A DNA stretch of 60,980 bases, counting the filler. It is 7 parts of 7 records of this genome, joined end to end, with 100 filler letters (N's around TTAATTAATTAA, not from the genome) between each part and the next. Parts side by side here need not be neighbours in the genome. Positions count along the whole stretch, not along the records: positions 18,121 to 25,212 come from SRR2962707_4300; positions 25,313 to 34,222 come from SRR2962707_4302; 5 more parts are not named here. One strand, given 5' to 3'. The notes beneath the pieces are model-generated. The model saw only the letters and a program-made list of their open reading frames with translations, was not told the origin of the DNA and ran no database searches. A program made the translations under genes and the position numbers. Every line of letters starts with the position of its first letter. The stretch's first letter is position 1. Shown here piece after piece: positions 20,206 to 30,229 of the stretch.

Positions 20206-21084
20206 ATGTCCCGCCCAATTTTGTACTTCATCGGCGCGTTACTGATCGCCGCTGCTCTGATAATGGCGGCGGCGGCCCGGGCGGCGAAAGCACCGGCGCT
20301 GATGCAAGCGAATATTTATCAAGAAGGCATTGATCTGACCGGTTACTGGGTCAGCGAGAAACTGGATGGCGTGCGCGCTTTCTGGGATGGCCAACAGTTG
20401 TTGTCACGCAACGGCAACGTGATCGATACCCCACCGGGCTTTACCGAAGGTTTTCCCACGCAGCCCCTGGACGGCGAGCTGTGGATGGGGCGCGGCACCT
20501 TCAGCCAGCTGGTGGGGATACTCAACCGGCGCACGCCGTCGGCGGAGCCCTGGCGGCACATTTATTTCATGGCGTTCGACCTGCCCTCATCCCCGGGCCC
20601 GTTCGATCAGCGCCTGCCGCGCCTGCGCAAACTGATCGACGATGCCGCCCTGCCCCACCTGCATATGGTCGACCAGCTCCGGGGACGCGACCACGCCACG
20701 CTGATGCGCGATCTGGAGCAGGTGGTGGCGGCGGGCGGAGAAGGCCTGATGCTGCATCGTGGCGGCGCGCCCTACCGGGGCGAACGCAACGACGATCTGC
20801 TCAAGGTGAAACCCTACCTGGACGCGGAAGCGGAAGTAGTCGCGGTGATCCCCGGCGAAGGCAAGTACACCGGAATGATGGGGGCGCTGCTGGTGAAAAC
20901 GCCCGGCGGGCGTCATTTCCGCCTGGGCACCGGATTCAGCGATGCATTGCGAGCACGGCCTCCGGCCATTGGCAGCGTTGTCACCTACAAATATCACGGC
21001 CACACCCGCCACGGCCTGCCCCGGTTCGCCAGTTTCCTGCGCCTGCGCGAAGAAGGTCCGGGCTTTACACGCTCCTCGCGCTAG
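20206..21084 (+). CDS. Minimal ATP-dependent DNA ligase with N-terminal signal peptide (Lig E type)
   Basis: Motif I SEKLDGVRA, LDGELW, FDL, GEGLML and LLKVK, plus an OB domain; hydrophobic N-terminus with Ala-rich cleavage region. Confidence 0.92.
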   Translation: MSRPILYFIGALLIAAALIMAAAARAAKAPALMQANIYQEGIDLTGYWVSEKLDGVRAFWDGQQLLSRNGNVIDTPPGFTEGFPTQPLDGELWMGRGTFSQLVGILNRRTPSAEPWRHIYFMAFDLPSSPGPFDQRLPRLRKLIDDAALPHLHMVDQLRGRDHATLMRDLEQVVAAGGEGLMLHRGGAPYRGERNDDLLKVKPYLDAEAEVVAVIPGEGKYTGMMGALLVKTPGGRHFRLGTGFSDALRARPPAIGSVVTYKYHGHTRHGLPRFASFLRLREEGPGFTRSSR

Positions 21085-21123
21085 GCGATAACCGGAGACA
21101 AATCATGAACGGGGAGCGACACC

Positions 21124-22110
21124 ATGCCCAGCGCCTTTATCACCGGAGCCCGGGGCTTTCTCGGCGGCCATCTTGCCCGCCTGTTGGTGGAACAGGGCTG
21201 GGAAGTCACCGCCCTGCTACGCCCGGGCAGCGATGGCCAGGCGCTGCGGGAGGCGGGCCTGAAGATTGTTCACGCGCCGCTGACCAACGCCACCGAGCTC
21301 ACGCTGGTGATGCCACCGGCGGTGGACGCGGTATTCCACGTAGCCGGCAACACCAGTCTCTGGCGCCGCCGCCGCGATCAGCAGTATCAGGACAATGTCA
21401 TGGGCACCCGGGCGGTGGTCACCGCCGCCCTGCGCAACCAGGCGGGCAGGCTGATTCATACCTCCTCGATTTCCGCCTGGGGCCAGCAGGATGGCATTAT
21501 CCATGAGGAGACTCCGTCCAACGCCGCCAACGACTGGATCGGTTACAACCGCACCAAATATCTGGCGGAAGAAGAAGTCCGTGATGGCGCCCGTCAGGGC
21601 CTGAGTACGGTGATCCTCAACCCCTGCGCCATCATTGGCGCCGGCGATACGCACAACTGGTCGCAGATGATCGGCCTGATCGACCAGCGTCGCCTGCCCG
21701 GTGTTCCCCCTGGCGGTGGCAATTTCGGCGCGGTGGAGGAAGTAGCGCGTGCCCATCTGGCGGCGTGGGACGCGGGCCGGGACGGACACAATTACATTCT
21801 GGCCGGCGTCGAGGCCAGTTTTCTGGAACTGGCGCAAACCATCGGGCGATTGCTGGGCCGGCCGGCGCCCCGCAAAGTGACGCCGCGTTGGGCACTGGGC
21901 CTGCTGGGACAGTTGTCTCCCATCGCCGCCCGTTTTACCGGTAACGAGCCCCGTCTGACGCCGGAAAAGGTGGCGCTGGTCTCCGCGCGCAGTAGGGTCA
22001 GTGGCGCCAAGGCGGTACGGGAGCTGGGCTTTGATGATCAGGTACCACTGGAGGTCATGCTGCGTCGATGCATCGACTGGATGCGCGCGGAAGGGATGCT
22101 GAGAGCCTGA
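21124..22110 (+). CDS. NAD-dependent epimerase/dehydratase (dihydroflavonol reductase-like)
   Basis: TGARGFLG, HTSSI and YNRTK motifs. Confidence 0.9.
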   Translation: MPSAFITGARGFLGGHLARLLVEQGWEVTALLRPGSDGQALREAGLKIVHAPLTNATELTLVMPPAVDAVFHVAGNTSLWRRRRDQQYQDNVMGTRAVVTAALRNQAGRLIHTSSISAWGQQDGIIHEETPSNAANDWIGYNRTKYLAEEEVRDGARQGLSTVILNPCAIIGAGDTHNWSQMIGLIDQRRLPGVPPGGGNFGAVEEVARAHLAAWDAGRDGHNYILAGVEASFLELAQTIGRLLGRPAPRKVTPRWALGLLGQLSPIAARFTGNEPRLTPEKVALVSARSRVSGAKAVRELGFDDQVPLEVMLRRCIDWMRAEGMLRA

Positions 22111-23079
22111 TCAGCGGCGGGCCCGATAAACCCGGAAGCGATTGGTTTCCCGTACCACGGTCACTTGCCGGAAAGCGTCGTCCAGCCACTGGGCATAGGG
22201 CAATTCCCGGTTTGCCACCAGCCAAAGTTCCCCATCCGCTTGCAGATGCTCTGGCGCCTGCCGGATTAAACGGCGAGTGATCTGGGTGGTACGCTCACGG
22301 CCATCGTGGAACGGAGGGTTGGTCACCAGCAGATCAAAGCGACCAGTGATGCCGTCAAACAGATCGCCGCCCTGTATCTCGGCGCTCAACCCGTTATCGG
22401 CCAGAGTGGCCCGGGCGGCGGCCACCGCCGTGGCACTTGGGTCCAACGCCTGCACCCGGCAGCCGGCCCGGGCCAGCCAGACCGTCAGCACACCGGCGCC
22501 GCAACCGATATCCAAAGCCTTGCCACCACCGACATCGGCGGCTTCCAGGGCATCCAGCAGCAAGTCGCTGCCTTCGTCGAGGCGGCCGTGGCTGAACACG
22601 CCGGGGTAACTGGTCACCCGTGCACCGCGCACCTCGATCACCGCGGCCTGCTCCGCCAGGGATAGCGGTGGCCCAGGTCTCAGTTGCGCCTCATACAGTT
22701 TGCAGTGGCGGGCGCTGTCGAGCAGTTGGATGTCATCGGCGAAGCCCTTGAGCCGGGTAACACCGCCACGGATTCCGCCCTTGGCCGGCCCCACCAGCCA
22801 CAGCGGCAGCGGCTTGCGGATCACGCCGGCCAGATGCCGCAACAGCAGCGTCATGCGGTCCGCCGCCTTCGGCAACGGCAGGATCAACAAATCGGTGTCC
22901 TCGGCCACTTCCGGCAACGGCCGCCACTGATCCGCCGCCACGGTAAAATCATCGGCATGCAGCCACAGGGAGGCCGCAGGCAGATCGGCCAGGGCCGCGT
23001 CATCGGCCTCCACCACCCCGGCCCGGCGAGCCGCCAGCGCGGACGCCTGACGTTGCAAAAGTTTTGTGCTGTTTTCCAT
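22111..23079 (-). CDS. rsmC: 16S rRNA m2G1207 methyltransferase
   Basis: DSARHC, PGVFSHGRLDEGS, DIGCGAG and NPPFHDG motifs. Confidence 0.88.
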   Translation of the reverse strand: MENSTKLLQRQASALAARRAGVVEADDAALADLPAASLWLHADDFTVAADQWRPLPEVAEDTDLLILPLPKAADRMTLLLRHLAGVIRKPLPLWLVGPAKGGIRGGVTRLKGFADDIQLLDSARHCKLYEAQLRPGPPLSLAEQAAVIEVRGARVTSYPGVFSHGRLDEGSDLLLDALEAADVGGGKALDIGCGAGVLTVWLARAGCRVQALDPSATAVAAARATLADNGLSAEIQGGDLFDGITGRFDLLVTNPPFHDGRERTTQITRRLIRQAPEHLQADGELWLVANRELPYAQWLDDAFRQVTVVRETNRFRVYRARR

Positions 23080-23223
23080 CACGGTCACCGGTCAGGGCAG
23101 GCGAAAAAAGGGGCGACAGTATAAACCCCGGCGGCGGCGCCACCTCAAGTTTTACATTCGCCGCGCACGCCCGGCGGTCGCGTCTCGCTAGAATGGTGAG
23201 ATCACCCTACGAATGGAGGCAGG

Positions 23224-25167
23224 ATGATCCGTCGCGCCGTACTGGTTTTCAGTTTCGCTTGTAGCGCCCTGGCATGCGCCGCACAACCCGTGAACACAAA
23301 TTTCGAGGACGCGCTGCGGGCAGCTCGCGACAATGATTGGGAAACACTGGCGCAATTGGAACCACGCATCGCCCAGGATTATCCGCTGCGCGATTATCTC
23401 GAATTCCACCACCTGCGCAGGGACCTGCCGGAACTGAATCCATCGCGTCTGCGCGACTACGAAAACCGCTATCCCCGCTCCCCGTTGCCAGCGGACATCC
23501 GCCAGATTGCCTTGATCGCCTATGCCAAGGCAGGCCGCTGGGACGCCGCCGCCGAGGCCATGGACACCCCTCCCAGCGCCATCGAAGCACGCTGTTACTA
23601 TCAAAGGGCGCAATTGCGCCGCGATCGCGACGCGGCGCTGCAAGACGCCCGTGAAATCTGGCTGGCCGGCCAATCCCGCCCTTCCGCCTGTGATCCGCTG
23701 TTCGAAGCCGCCCAGGCCGCCGGCGTCATCGGCCAGGAGGAAATCTGGCAACGCATGCAGCTGGCGTTCGAAGCGCGGGCCACCGGTTTGATGCGCTACC
23801 TCAAGCGCATGCTGGACGAACCTTATCAAACCGCCGGTGAATGGCTGGAGCAGCTTTATCACAATCCAGATAAGGTCGGAGAGTTGCCGGCGACACTACC
23901 CGATATCCGGCGTCAGGAGCTGGTTTCCGCGGCGCTGCAGCGCATGGCCTATACCAATACCAGCGGCGCCCGCCAGGCCTTCGAACAAAGAGCCAGACGA
24001 TGGGGGCTCACTGATGCGCGGCTGCGTAACGCCGCTGGCGACCGGATTGCTTTTTACTCCACGATCCGTGGCGTTCGCGAGAATCAGGACTGGCTGGACC
24101 AATGGTTGTCGGATCACCCCGATACCGCCCTGCTGGACCAGCGTATTCGCCGCGCCATCATCGAGCAGGACTGGTCTGCCGTGACGCGCTGGATTCAACA
24201 GTTCCCCGCCGAGGAAGCCGCCGACAGCCGCTGGCGCTACTGGGCCGGCCGCGCCGCCTGGGAAAACGGCCAGCGGAACCAAGCGACACCGCTATGGCAG
24301 CAGGCCGCCGAGCAACGGAATTTCTACGGTTTTCTGGCCGCCGACCAGCTCGGACAGACCTACAGCTTCAATCAGCGGGCCTACCAGCCCGATGCCAATG
24401 TCAGCCTGCCCCCCGGCGTGATCCGTGTGCGTTTGCTGCGTGACATGGGAGAGTACGGTGCCGCCTGGAAAGAATGGCACTGGCTGATGTTGCACAACGA
24501 TCGCCCCCATCAGGACCGCCTGGCCCAGTACGCGCTGGAGCAGGGCTGGTACGATCTGACCGTACAGGCATCCATCCAGACCAAGGCCTGGGACACGCTG
24601 GCCTGGCGCTTTCCCGCCGCCTACAGCCAGGAATTCGCCCGCGCCAGTGCTCGCCACAAACTGGACCCGTGGCTGGCGATGGCGATTTCCCGCCGCGAAA
24701 GTGCCTTCAATCCCCGCGCCCAGTCCCATGCCGGCGCCATGGGACTGATGCAGCTGATGCCCGGTACCGCCCGCAAGGTCGCGTTGGATGAGGAGCAGCC
24801 GGCACCATCCCGTGATCAGGTTTTTGATCCATGGACCAATATCAATCTGGGCAGCCGCTACCTCTCCGATATGCTGGACCGGTTCAATGGCAACCGGATT
24901 CTGGCCCTGGCCGCCTACAACGCCGGTCCGGGCCGTATTCCGCAGTGGCTGCCGGAACGAAGCGACAGCCGCCCGATGGATGTGTGGATCGAGTCCATTC
25001 CCTTCCGCGAAACCCGCGAGTATGTGCAGGCGGTGCTCACCTACCGGGTACTGCTGGCCGGCCTACACGCTCCAAACGAGAAAGTGCATTTGACCACCCC
25101 GGCGGAACGCGACGTGGACTATTCCCAGGCGCTTTTGCAAAGCGATGAGGCACTGGTGAGGAAATAA
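23224..25167 (+). CDS. slt: Soluble lytic murein transglycosylase (Slt70-like)
   Basis: Signal peptide, RRESAF, GLMQLMP, AAYNAGP and ETREYV motifs. Confidence 0.95.
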   Translation: MIRRAVLVFSFACSALACAAQPVNTNFEDALRAARDNDWETLAQLEPRIAQDYPLRDYLEFHHLRRDLPELNPSRLRDYENRYPRSPLPADIRQIALIAYAKAGRWDAAAEAMDTPPSAIEARCYYQRAQLRRDRDAALQDAREIWLAGQSRPSACDPLFEAAQAAGVIGQEEIWQRMQLAFEARATGLMRYLKRMLDEPYQTAGEWLEQLYHNPDKVGELPATLPDIRRQELVSAALQRMAYTNTSGARQAFEQRARRWGLTDARLRNAAGDRIAFYSTIRGVRENQDWLDQWLSDHPDTALLDQRIRRAIIEQDWSAVTRWIQQFPAEEAADSRWRYWAGRAAWENGQRNQATPLWQQAAEQRNFYGFLAADQLGQTYSFNQRAYQPDANVSLPPGVIRVRLLRDMGEYGAAWKEWHWLMLHNDRPHQDRLAQYALEQGWYDLTVQASIQTKAWDTLAWRFPAAYSQEFARASARHKLDPWLAMAISRRESAFNPRAQSHAGAMGLMQLMPGTARKVALDEEQPAPSRDQVFDPWTNINLGSRYLSDMLDRFNGNRILALAAYNAGPGRIPQWLPERSDSRPMDVWIESIPFRETREYVQAVLTYRVLLAGLHAPNEKVHLTTPAERDVDYSQALLQSDEALVRK

Positions 25168-25175
25168 TAAAAGGG

Positions 25176-25212
25176 CTACGAAGCCACTGTAGGAGCTTGC
25201 CTGCAAGCGAAT
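25176..25212 (+). repeat. GTAG-type REP sequence
   Basis: CTACGAAGCCACTGTAGGAGCTTGCCTGCAAGCGAAT; recurs at 25313, 53141/53175 and 60963. Confidence 0.85.
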
Positions 25213-25312
25213 NNNNNNNNNNNNNNNNNNNNNNNNNNNNNNNNNNNNNNNNNNNNTTAATTAATTAANNNNNNNNNNNNNNNNNNNNNNNNNNNNNNNN
25301 NNNNNNNNNNNN
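25213..25312. other. Artificial contig spacer
   Basis: N44-TTAATTAATTAA-N44. Confidence 0.99.
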
Positions 25313-25338
25313 TGTGGGAGCTTGCCTTGCAAGCGAAT
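25313..25338 (+). repeat. REP sequence
   Basis: TGTGGGAGCTTGCCTTGCAAGCGAAT. Confidence 0.8.
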
Positions 25339-25387
25339 GGGCTCTCAGTTCTTACCTCTGGCCCATCGAATTGTGAGACAACAGTGG

Positions 25388-25852
25388 TCAGCGGGCCAGC
25401 GGCGCCAAGCGACCGCCGGTCAGTGCCAACAGGTCCACCGGCGCCATTTCAATTTCCAAGCCGCGCCGGCCGCCGCTCATATACAAAACACCTTGGCTTT
25501 CGGCACTGTGGTCCAACCACAGCGGCAGCCGCTTTTTCTGCCCCAATGGGCTAATGCCCCCGAGCACATAGCCGGTAAGGCGTTGCGCCACGGCGGCATC
25601 CGCCATGGCCGCTTTCTTACCACCGGCGGCTTTGGCCAGGGCTTTCAGATCCAGTTGTTTGTGCACCGGAACCATGGCCACCTGAGGCCGCTCGTCCACC
25701 ATCGCCAGCAGCGTCTTGAATACCTGTTCAACAGGCAGCCCCAGAGCATCCGCGGCTTCCAGCCCATAGCTGGGTGCCTGTGGATCGGCCTGGTAGCTGT
25801 GTGTCCGAAAGGCCACGCCGGCTTTTTCCGCGGCCTTTACCGCCGGTGTCAT
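25388..25852 (-). CDS. ybaK: Cys-tRNA(Pro) deacylase
   Basis: MTPAV, QVFKTL, TGYVLGGISPLGQKK and SGGRRGLEI motifs. Confidence 0.95.
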   Translation of the reverse strand: MTPAVKAAEKAGVAFRTHSYQADPQAPSYGLEAADALGLPVEQVFKTLLAMVDERPQVAMVPVHKQLDLKALAKAAGGKKAAMADAAVAQRLTGYVLGGISPLGQKKRLPLWLDHSAESQGVLYMSGGRRGLEIEMAPVDLLALTGGRLAPLAR

Positions 25853-26361
25853 GCCGTCCCCCGGCGCAGTTCCTGAGCCCGTTCGCGTGCCTCACGGGCG
25901 CCTTCCTTATCCCCTTGCCGTTCGCGGGCGGTGGCCACCAGATCCCACAGTTCCGCCTGATAACCCGGATTGTAGGGCGCCAGCCGCAGGGCTCTCAGGG
26001 CCAGCCCTTCAGCGGAGTGAGCGTCGCCTTCCTCCAGACGCAAGCGGGCCAACTGCCGGTACACCCAGGAGGAATCCGGTTCCATGCTCAGCGCCCGTTC
26101 CAGGTACCGTCCGGCCGCGGACATATTGCCCTGGTTGCGGGCCCCCTCGGCGCGATCAAGCAAAGCCAGCGCCGGCGACCCCTGCAGATCAGCCCGGGCA
26201 TCCACCGGTTGCTGTCGCGGCTCACCGGAGGGCAGTGACGATCGGGACGAGGACGAAGACGAGGAAGTGCCGTAGTCGCCCCCCGTCCCCGTCGTTGGTG
26301 TCGTCGCGCAGCCGGCCAGCATGGCCGCCAGCAGCATCAGTCGAACCAGCCCTTGAACCAT
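25849..26361 (-). CDS. TPR lipoprotein, probable LpoP-type PBP1B activator
   Basis: LAGC lipobox, Ser-rich linker and TPR (YLERALSMEP); overlaps the 3' end of mrcB, the position of Pseudomonas lpoP. Confidence 0.75.
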   Translation of the reverse strand: MVQGLVRLMLLAAMLAGCATTPTTGTGGDYGTSSSSSSSRSSLPSGEPRQQPVDARADLQGSPALALLDRAEGARNQGNMSAAGRYLERALSMEPDSSWVYRQLARLRLEEGDAHSAEGLALRALRLAPYNPGYQAELWDLVATARERQGDKEGAREARERAQELRRGTA

Positions 26362-28661
26362 TGCAGTACCCCTTTCTTCTTGTCGCCGTCACGGGATCCG
26401 CAACGGTCGGCCTCCTCGGGAATCGATGCTGTCAGCATCGGGTAGCGGCGGGCACCATCACAGCCCTCGCCGCTGACCAGGGTACCGGACGGATCCATCC
26501 AAACCCACTCCACGCCGGCCGGCGGCTTCTGCGACAGGCTGCGTTGCGGCAATGAAGCCATCAATTGCGCCCACACCGGCACCGCGCCGGAAGAACCGCT
26601 GACCCCGGCCGGGCTGTTGTCGTCCCGGCCTACCCACACCACCGCCAGATGATTGGCGGAGAAACCGGCAAACCAGGCATCGCGGAAATTATCGCTGGTG
26701 CCGGTCTTTCCGGCCACCTTCACCGAAGCCGGCAACTTGGCGCGTACTCCACGGCCGGTGCCCTGATCGACCACGTCCTGCATTGCTTGTTGCAACACGA
26801 ACACCGGTTCCTGCGGCAACACCTCCTCGGTGGTGATGGGATAACGGGCGATCGGCTGGCCATCCTTGTCAAGCACATCGGTGATCGAACGCAACGGCGT
26901 GGAGAAACCGCCGGTGGCCAGCGGCTGATACATCATCGCCACTTCGAACGGCGTCAGTCCCAGACTGCCCAGCAGAATGCTCGGATAGAGTGGAATATCC
27001 CGCTGTACCCCCAATGTTTTCAGCGTCTCCGCCACCTTGTTCAGACCCACGTCCATGCCGAGCCGCGCCAGCGCCTGATTGCGCGAACGGACCAGAACGT
27101 CGTGGATCGGCATGGGGCCCAGGGATTTGTTGTCGAAGTTCTTTGGCTGCCAGGGATCGTTGTTGCGCAGCGGTACCGACAGCGGCTCATCGTTGACAAT
27201 GGTGGCCAGACTGTATTTTTTCGGTTGCTCCAGCGCCGCCAGCACCACCGCCGGCTTCACCAGCGAGCCGATCGGCCGCACCGCGTCCAGCGCCCGGTTG
27301 AACCCGTGCTCCCGGGAGCGGCGATTGCTGACCACCGCCAGCACATCGCCCTGGGTCGGCGCCACCACCACCACCGCCCCATTGAGATGGTTCTTGCCGC
27401 CGGGGTCCTTGTTTTCCAGGTGATCGCGCAGCGCCTTTTCCGCCGCCAACTGGGCCAGCACATCCAGCGTGGAGTGGATGCGCAGACCGTCGACGCCCAG
27501 CACCTCCGGCGGATAGTCACGGGCAAGTTGCCGCCGCACCAGATCGATGAACGCCGGGAACGCATAAAGCGGCGACTCGCCTCGCGGCACTACTTCAAGC
27601 CCCCGTTTGCTGAAGCGGTGCAATTCCTCCTCGCTCAGCGCGCCTTGCTGACGAGCCACCTGCAACACCGTGTTGCGGCGCTTGAGCGAACGCTCCGGGC
27701 GGCGCCGGGGATCGTACCAACTGGGCCCCTTGAGCAACCCCACCAGAGTCGCCAACTGATGAGGTTCCAACTCTTCCAGAGGGCGGCCGAAATAGAATTG
27801 CGCCCCCAGCCCCATGCCGTGGATGGAACGGGATCCGTCCTGGCCGAGATAGACTTCGTTGATGTAGGCCTCGAGGATCTGTTCCTTGCTGTAATGCAGC
27901 TCCAGCAGTACCGCCATTGGCAGTTCCACCAGTTTGCGCAACAGAGTGCGATCCTGAGTGAGCCAGAAATTCTTCACCAACTGCTGGGTCAGTGTACTGC
28001 CGCCCTGCACCAGACGGCCGGCTTTGATATTGGCCAGCATGGCCCGGGCCAGTCCGCGCAGGGACACCCCGTGGTGCTCGTAGAAATCCTGGTCCTCGGT
28101 GGCCAGCAACATTTTCACCATCAACGGTGGCACGCGGTCCAGCGGCACATAGACCCGGTCCTCACTGTGCCCCGGATGGATGCTGCCGATCTGCATCGGC
28201 TCCAGCCGTGCCAGGGAGCCTCCCTGCCCCGCCTGCAACGATGCAATCTCTCCACCGCCGAGACGCAGATTAAGGCGCTGGGAAGGTTCGCCGCCATCGC
28301 TGTCGCGGAACCCCCGGGTGTGAATGATCAGCCGATTGCCGTTCACCGAATAGCTGCCCGGAGTGGGCGCGCCCGGCGCCTGCCGGTAGCGCATCAGCTC
28401 CAGCATTTTGAGCATGTCCGCCCGTGACAGAACCCGGCCGGGATACAGTTCCACCGGCCGGGCATAGACCCGCGCCGGCAACTGCCAGACATGGCTGTCA
28501 AACCGTTCCTGCACCAGGGCGTCCAGATAGATCAGGCCGGCGGCCATCGCCACCAGCCCCACCGCCAGGACCTTGGCGAGGAAACGCCCGCTGATCCAGC
28601 GCCGCGCCGACGCTTTCTTCTTACGGCGGCGCGGAGCCGCTCTCTTCGCTTTTTTTGCCAT
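26337..28661 (-). CDS. mrcB: Penicillin-binding protein 1B
   Basis: Basic N-terminus and TM helix, UB2H region, GT motifs EDQDF/GGSTLTQQLVKN/RKLVE, TP motifs SLVK, SRN and KTGT. Confidence 0.96.
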   Translation of the reverse strand: MAKKAKRAAPRRRKKKASARRWISGRFLAKVLAVGLVAMAAGLIYLDALVQERFDSHVWQLPARVYARPVELYPGRVLSRADMLKMLELMRYRQAPGAPTPGSYSVNGNRLIIHTRGFRDSDGGEPSQRLNLRLGGGEIASLQAGQGGSLARLEPMQIGSIHPGHSEDRVYVPLDRVPPLMVKMLLATEDQDFYEHHGVSLRGLARAMLANIKAGRLVQGGSTLTQQLVKNFWLTQDRTLLRKLVELPMAVLLELHYSKEQILEAYINEVYLGQDGSRSIHGMGLGAQFYFGRPLEELEPHQLATLVGLLKGPSWYDPRRRPERSLKRRNTVLQVARQQGALSEEELHRFSKRGLEVVPRGESPLYAFPAFIDLVRRQLARDYPPEVLGVDGLRIHSTLDVLAQLAAEKALRDHLENKDPGGKNHLNGAVVVVAPTQGDVLAVVSNRRSREHGFNRALDAVRPIGSLVKPAVVLAALEQPKKYSLATIVNDEPLSVPLRNNDPWQPKNFDNKSLGPMPIHDVLVRSRNQALARLGMDVGLNKVAETLKTLGVQRDIPLYPSILLGSLGLTPFEVAMMYQPLATGGFSTPLRSITDVLDKDGQPIARYPITTEEVLPQEPVFVLQQAMQDVVDQGTGRGVRAKLPASVKVAGKTGTSDNFRDAWFAGFSANHLAVVWVGRDDNSPAGVSGSSGAVPVWAQLMASLPQRSLSQKPPAGVEWVWMDPSGTLVSGEGCDGARRYPMLTASIPEEADRCGSRDGDKKKGVLQWFKGWFD

Positions 28662-28865
28662 GGCCGGGAGTATACGGAAAAGTGTGGGGATTTTATGAGG
28701 GCCCCGGAAGGATTGATGCGCCGGCGGTGATCTTTGAGGAAATTTTGCAACCGCCCCGGCCATCTCCATAATAGGCCCCGCCAGGCCCGTCCCCCACCCG
28801 GGCCGCCTTCCGTCCCGCACGGAACCGGGATGATCAGAGGTGGGAACAGCCCCAACGGAGCCACC

Positions 28866-29870
28866 ATGGAAAAGAAATACGACGTCTACGCCCTCGGCAA
28901 TGCCCTCGTGGATACGGAAATCGAGGTCAGTGACGCCTTTCTCGAACGCATGGAGGTGGGCAAGGGGCTGATGACCCTGGTGGACCAGGCACGCCAGGCG
29001 GAGTTACTCCGGGCACTGGAAGGCGAAGCCGAACCCCACAAGCTGACCAGCGGCGGCTCCGCCTGCAACACCGTGGTGGCGGCCCGTCAATTTGGCGGCA
29101 GCGGCTATTACGCCTGCAAGGTGGCCGGGGATGACACGGGTGATATCTTCGTGCGCGAGTTGCTGGCCGCCGGCGTCGACACCAACATGAACGGCAACCG
29201 CCCGCGGGGCATTTCCGGTCGCTGCCTGGTGATGATCACGCCGGATGCCGAACGCACCATGAACACCTTCCTTGGCATTTCCGAGCAGGTCTCCGAAGAC
29301 GAGGTTGACGAACAGATCGTGGCGGCCTCCCGCTACGTCTATCTGGAAGGCTATCTGGTCAGTTCCCCCAGTGCCCGGGCCGCCGCCATCCGCCTGCGCC
29401 AACTGGCGGAAAAAAACGGCGTCGGCACGGCTCTGACGTTTTCCGATCCGGCCATGGTGCGTTTCTTCCGTGATGGCCTGACGGAAATGCTCGGCGACGG
29501 TGTTGATCTGCTGTTTTGCAACGAAGACGAGGCCAAGGGCTTTACCGACACCGATACTCCGGAAGCCGCCCTGGAAGCTCTGAAACCGCTGTGCCGCACC
29601 CTGGTGATGACACGGGGCGCGGAAGGTTCCTTGCTGTGGGACGGCCAGCAGACACACTCTGTCCCCTGCGATCCGGTGAAACCGGTTGACACCAATGGCG
29701 CCGGGGACATGTTCGCCGGCGCCTATCTTTATGCCATCACCCATGGCCACGACGCGGTCACCGCCGCCCGTCTGGCCAACGCCGCCGCGGGCCGCCTGAT
29801 CGTTGAATTTGGCCCGCGCCTGCCCAGCGGCGCTCACCAGGAAATCCGCCAGCGCATTCTGGGCGAGTAG
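28866..29870 (+). CDS. PfkB-family kinase (adenosine/inosine kinase-like)
   Basis: GNALVD, SGGSACN, ERTMNTFLG and DTNGAGD motifs. Confidence 0.9.
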   Translation: MEKKYDVYALGNALVDTEIEVSDAFLERMEVGKGLMTLVDQARQAELLRALEGEAEPHKLTSGGSACNTVVAARQFGGSGYYACKVAGDDTGDIFVRELLAAGVDTNMNGNRPRGISGRCLVMITPDAERTMNTFLGISEQVSEDEVDEQIVAASRYVYLEGYLVSSPSARAAAIRLRQLAEKNGVGTALTFSDPAMVRFFRDGLTEMLGDGVDLLFCNEDEAKGFTDTDTPEAALEALKPLCRTLVMTRGAEGSLLWDGQQTHSVPCDPVKPVDTNGAGDMFAGAYLYAITHGHDAVTAARLANAAAGRLIVEFGPRLPSGAHQEIRQRILGE

Positions 29871-29896
29871 GCAAGCGAAAGGAGAGGAAGACCGCG

Positions 29897-30229
29897 ATGC
29901 AGGCCGTATGCAGTATTCACGATATCGAGGACGACAGTGCCCGGGAATTCCAGGTGGATGACCAGCCGGTGGTGATCGTCAAACGGGACGGGCAGTTCCA
30001 TGCCTACCTGAATTGGTGCCCGCATCTGGGGATCGAGCTGAATTTCATGCCGGACCAGTTCCTCGACAGTGACAATCAGTTTCTCATTTGCGCCAATCAC
30101 GGCGCTCTGTTCGAGATCGAATCCGGCGATTGCCTGTCCGGCCCCTGCAGTGGCGATGCCCTGCTGGCGGTCCCCCTGGAAGTCCGCGAGGAACAAATCT
30201 GGCTGGGCGAGGTACCGCAACCGGCATGA
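29897..30229 (+). CDS. Rieske (2Fe-2S) ferredoxin
   Basis: CPH...CANHGA ligand motifs. Confidence 0.92.
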   Translation: MQAVCSIHDIEDDSAREFQVDDQPVVIVKRDGQFHAYLNWCPHLGIELNFMPDQFLDSDNQFLICANHGALFEIESGDCLSGPCSGDALLAVPLEVREEQIWLGEVPQPA

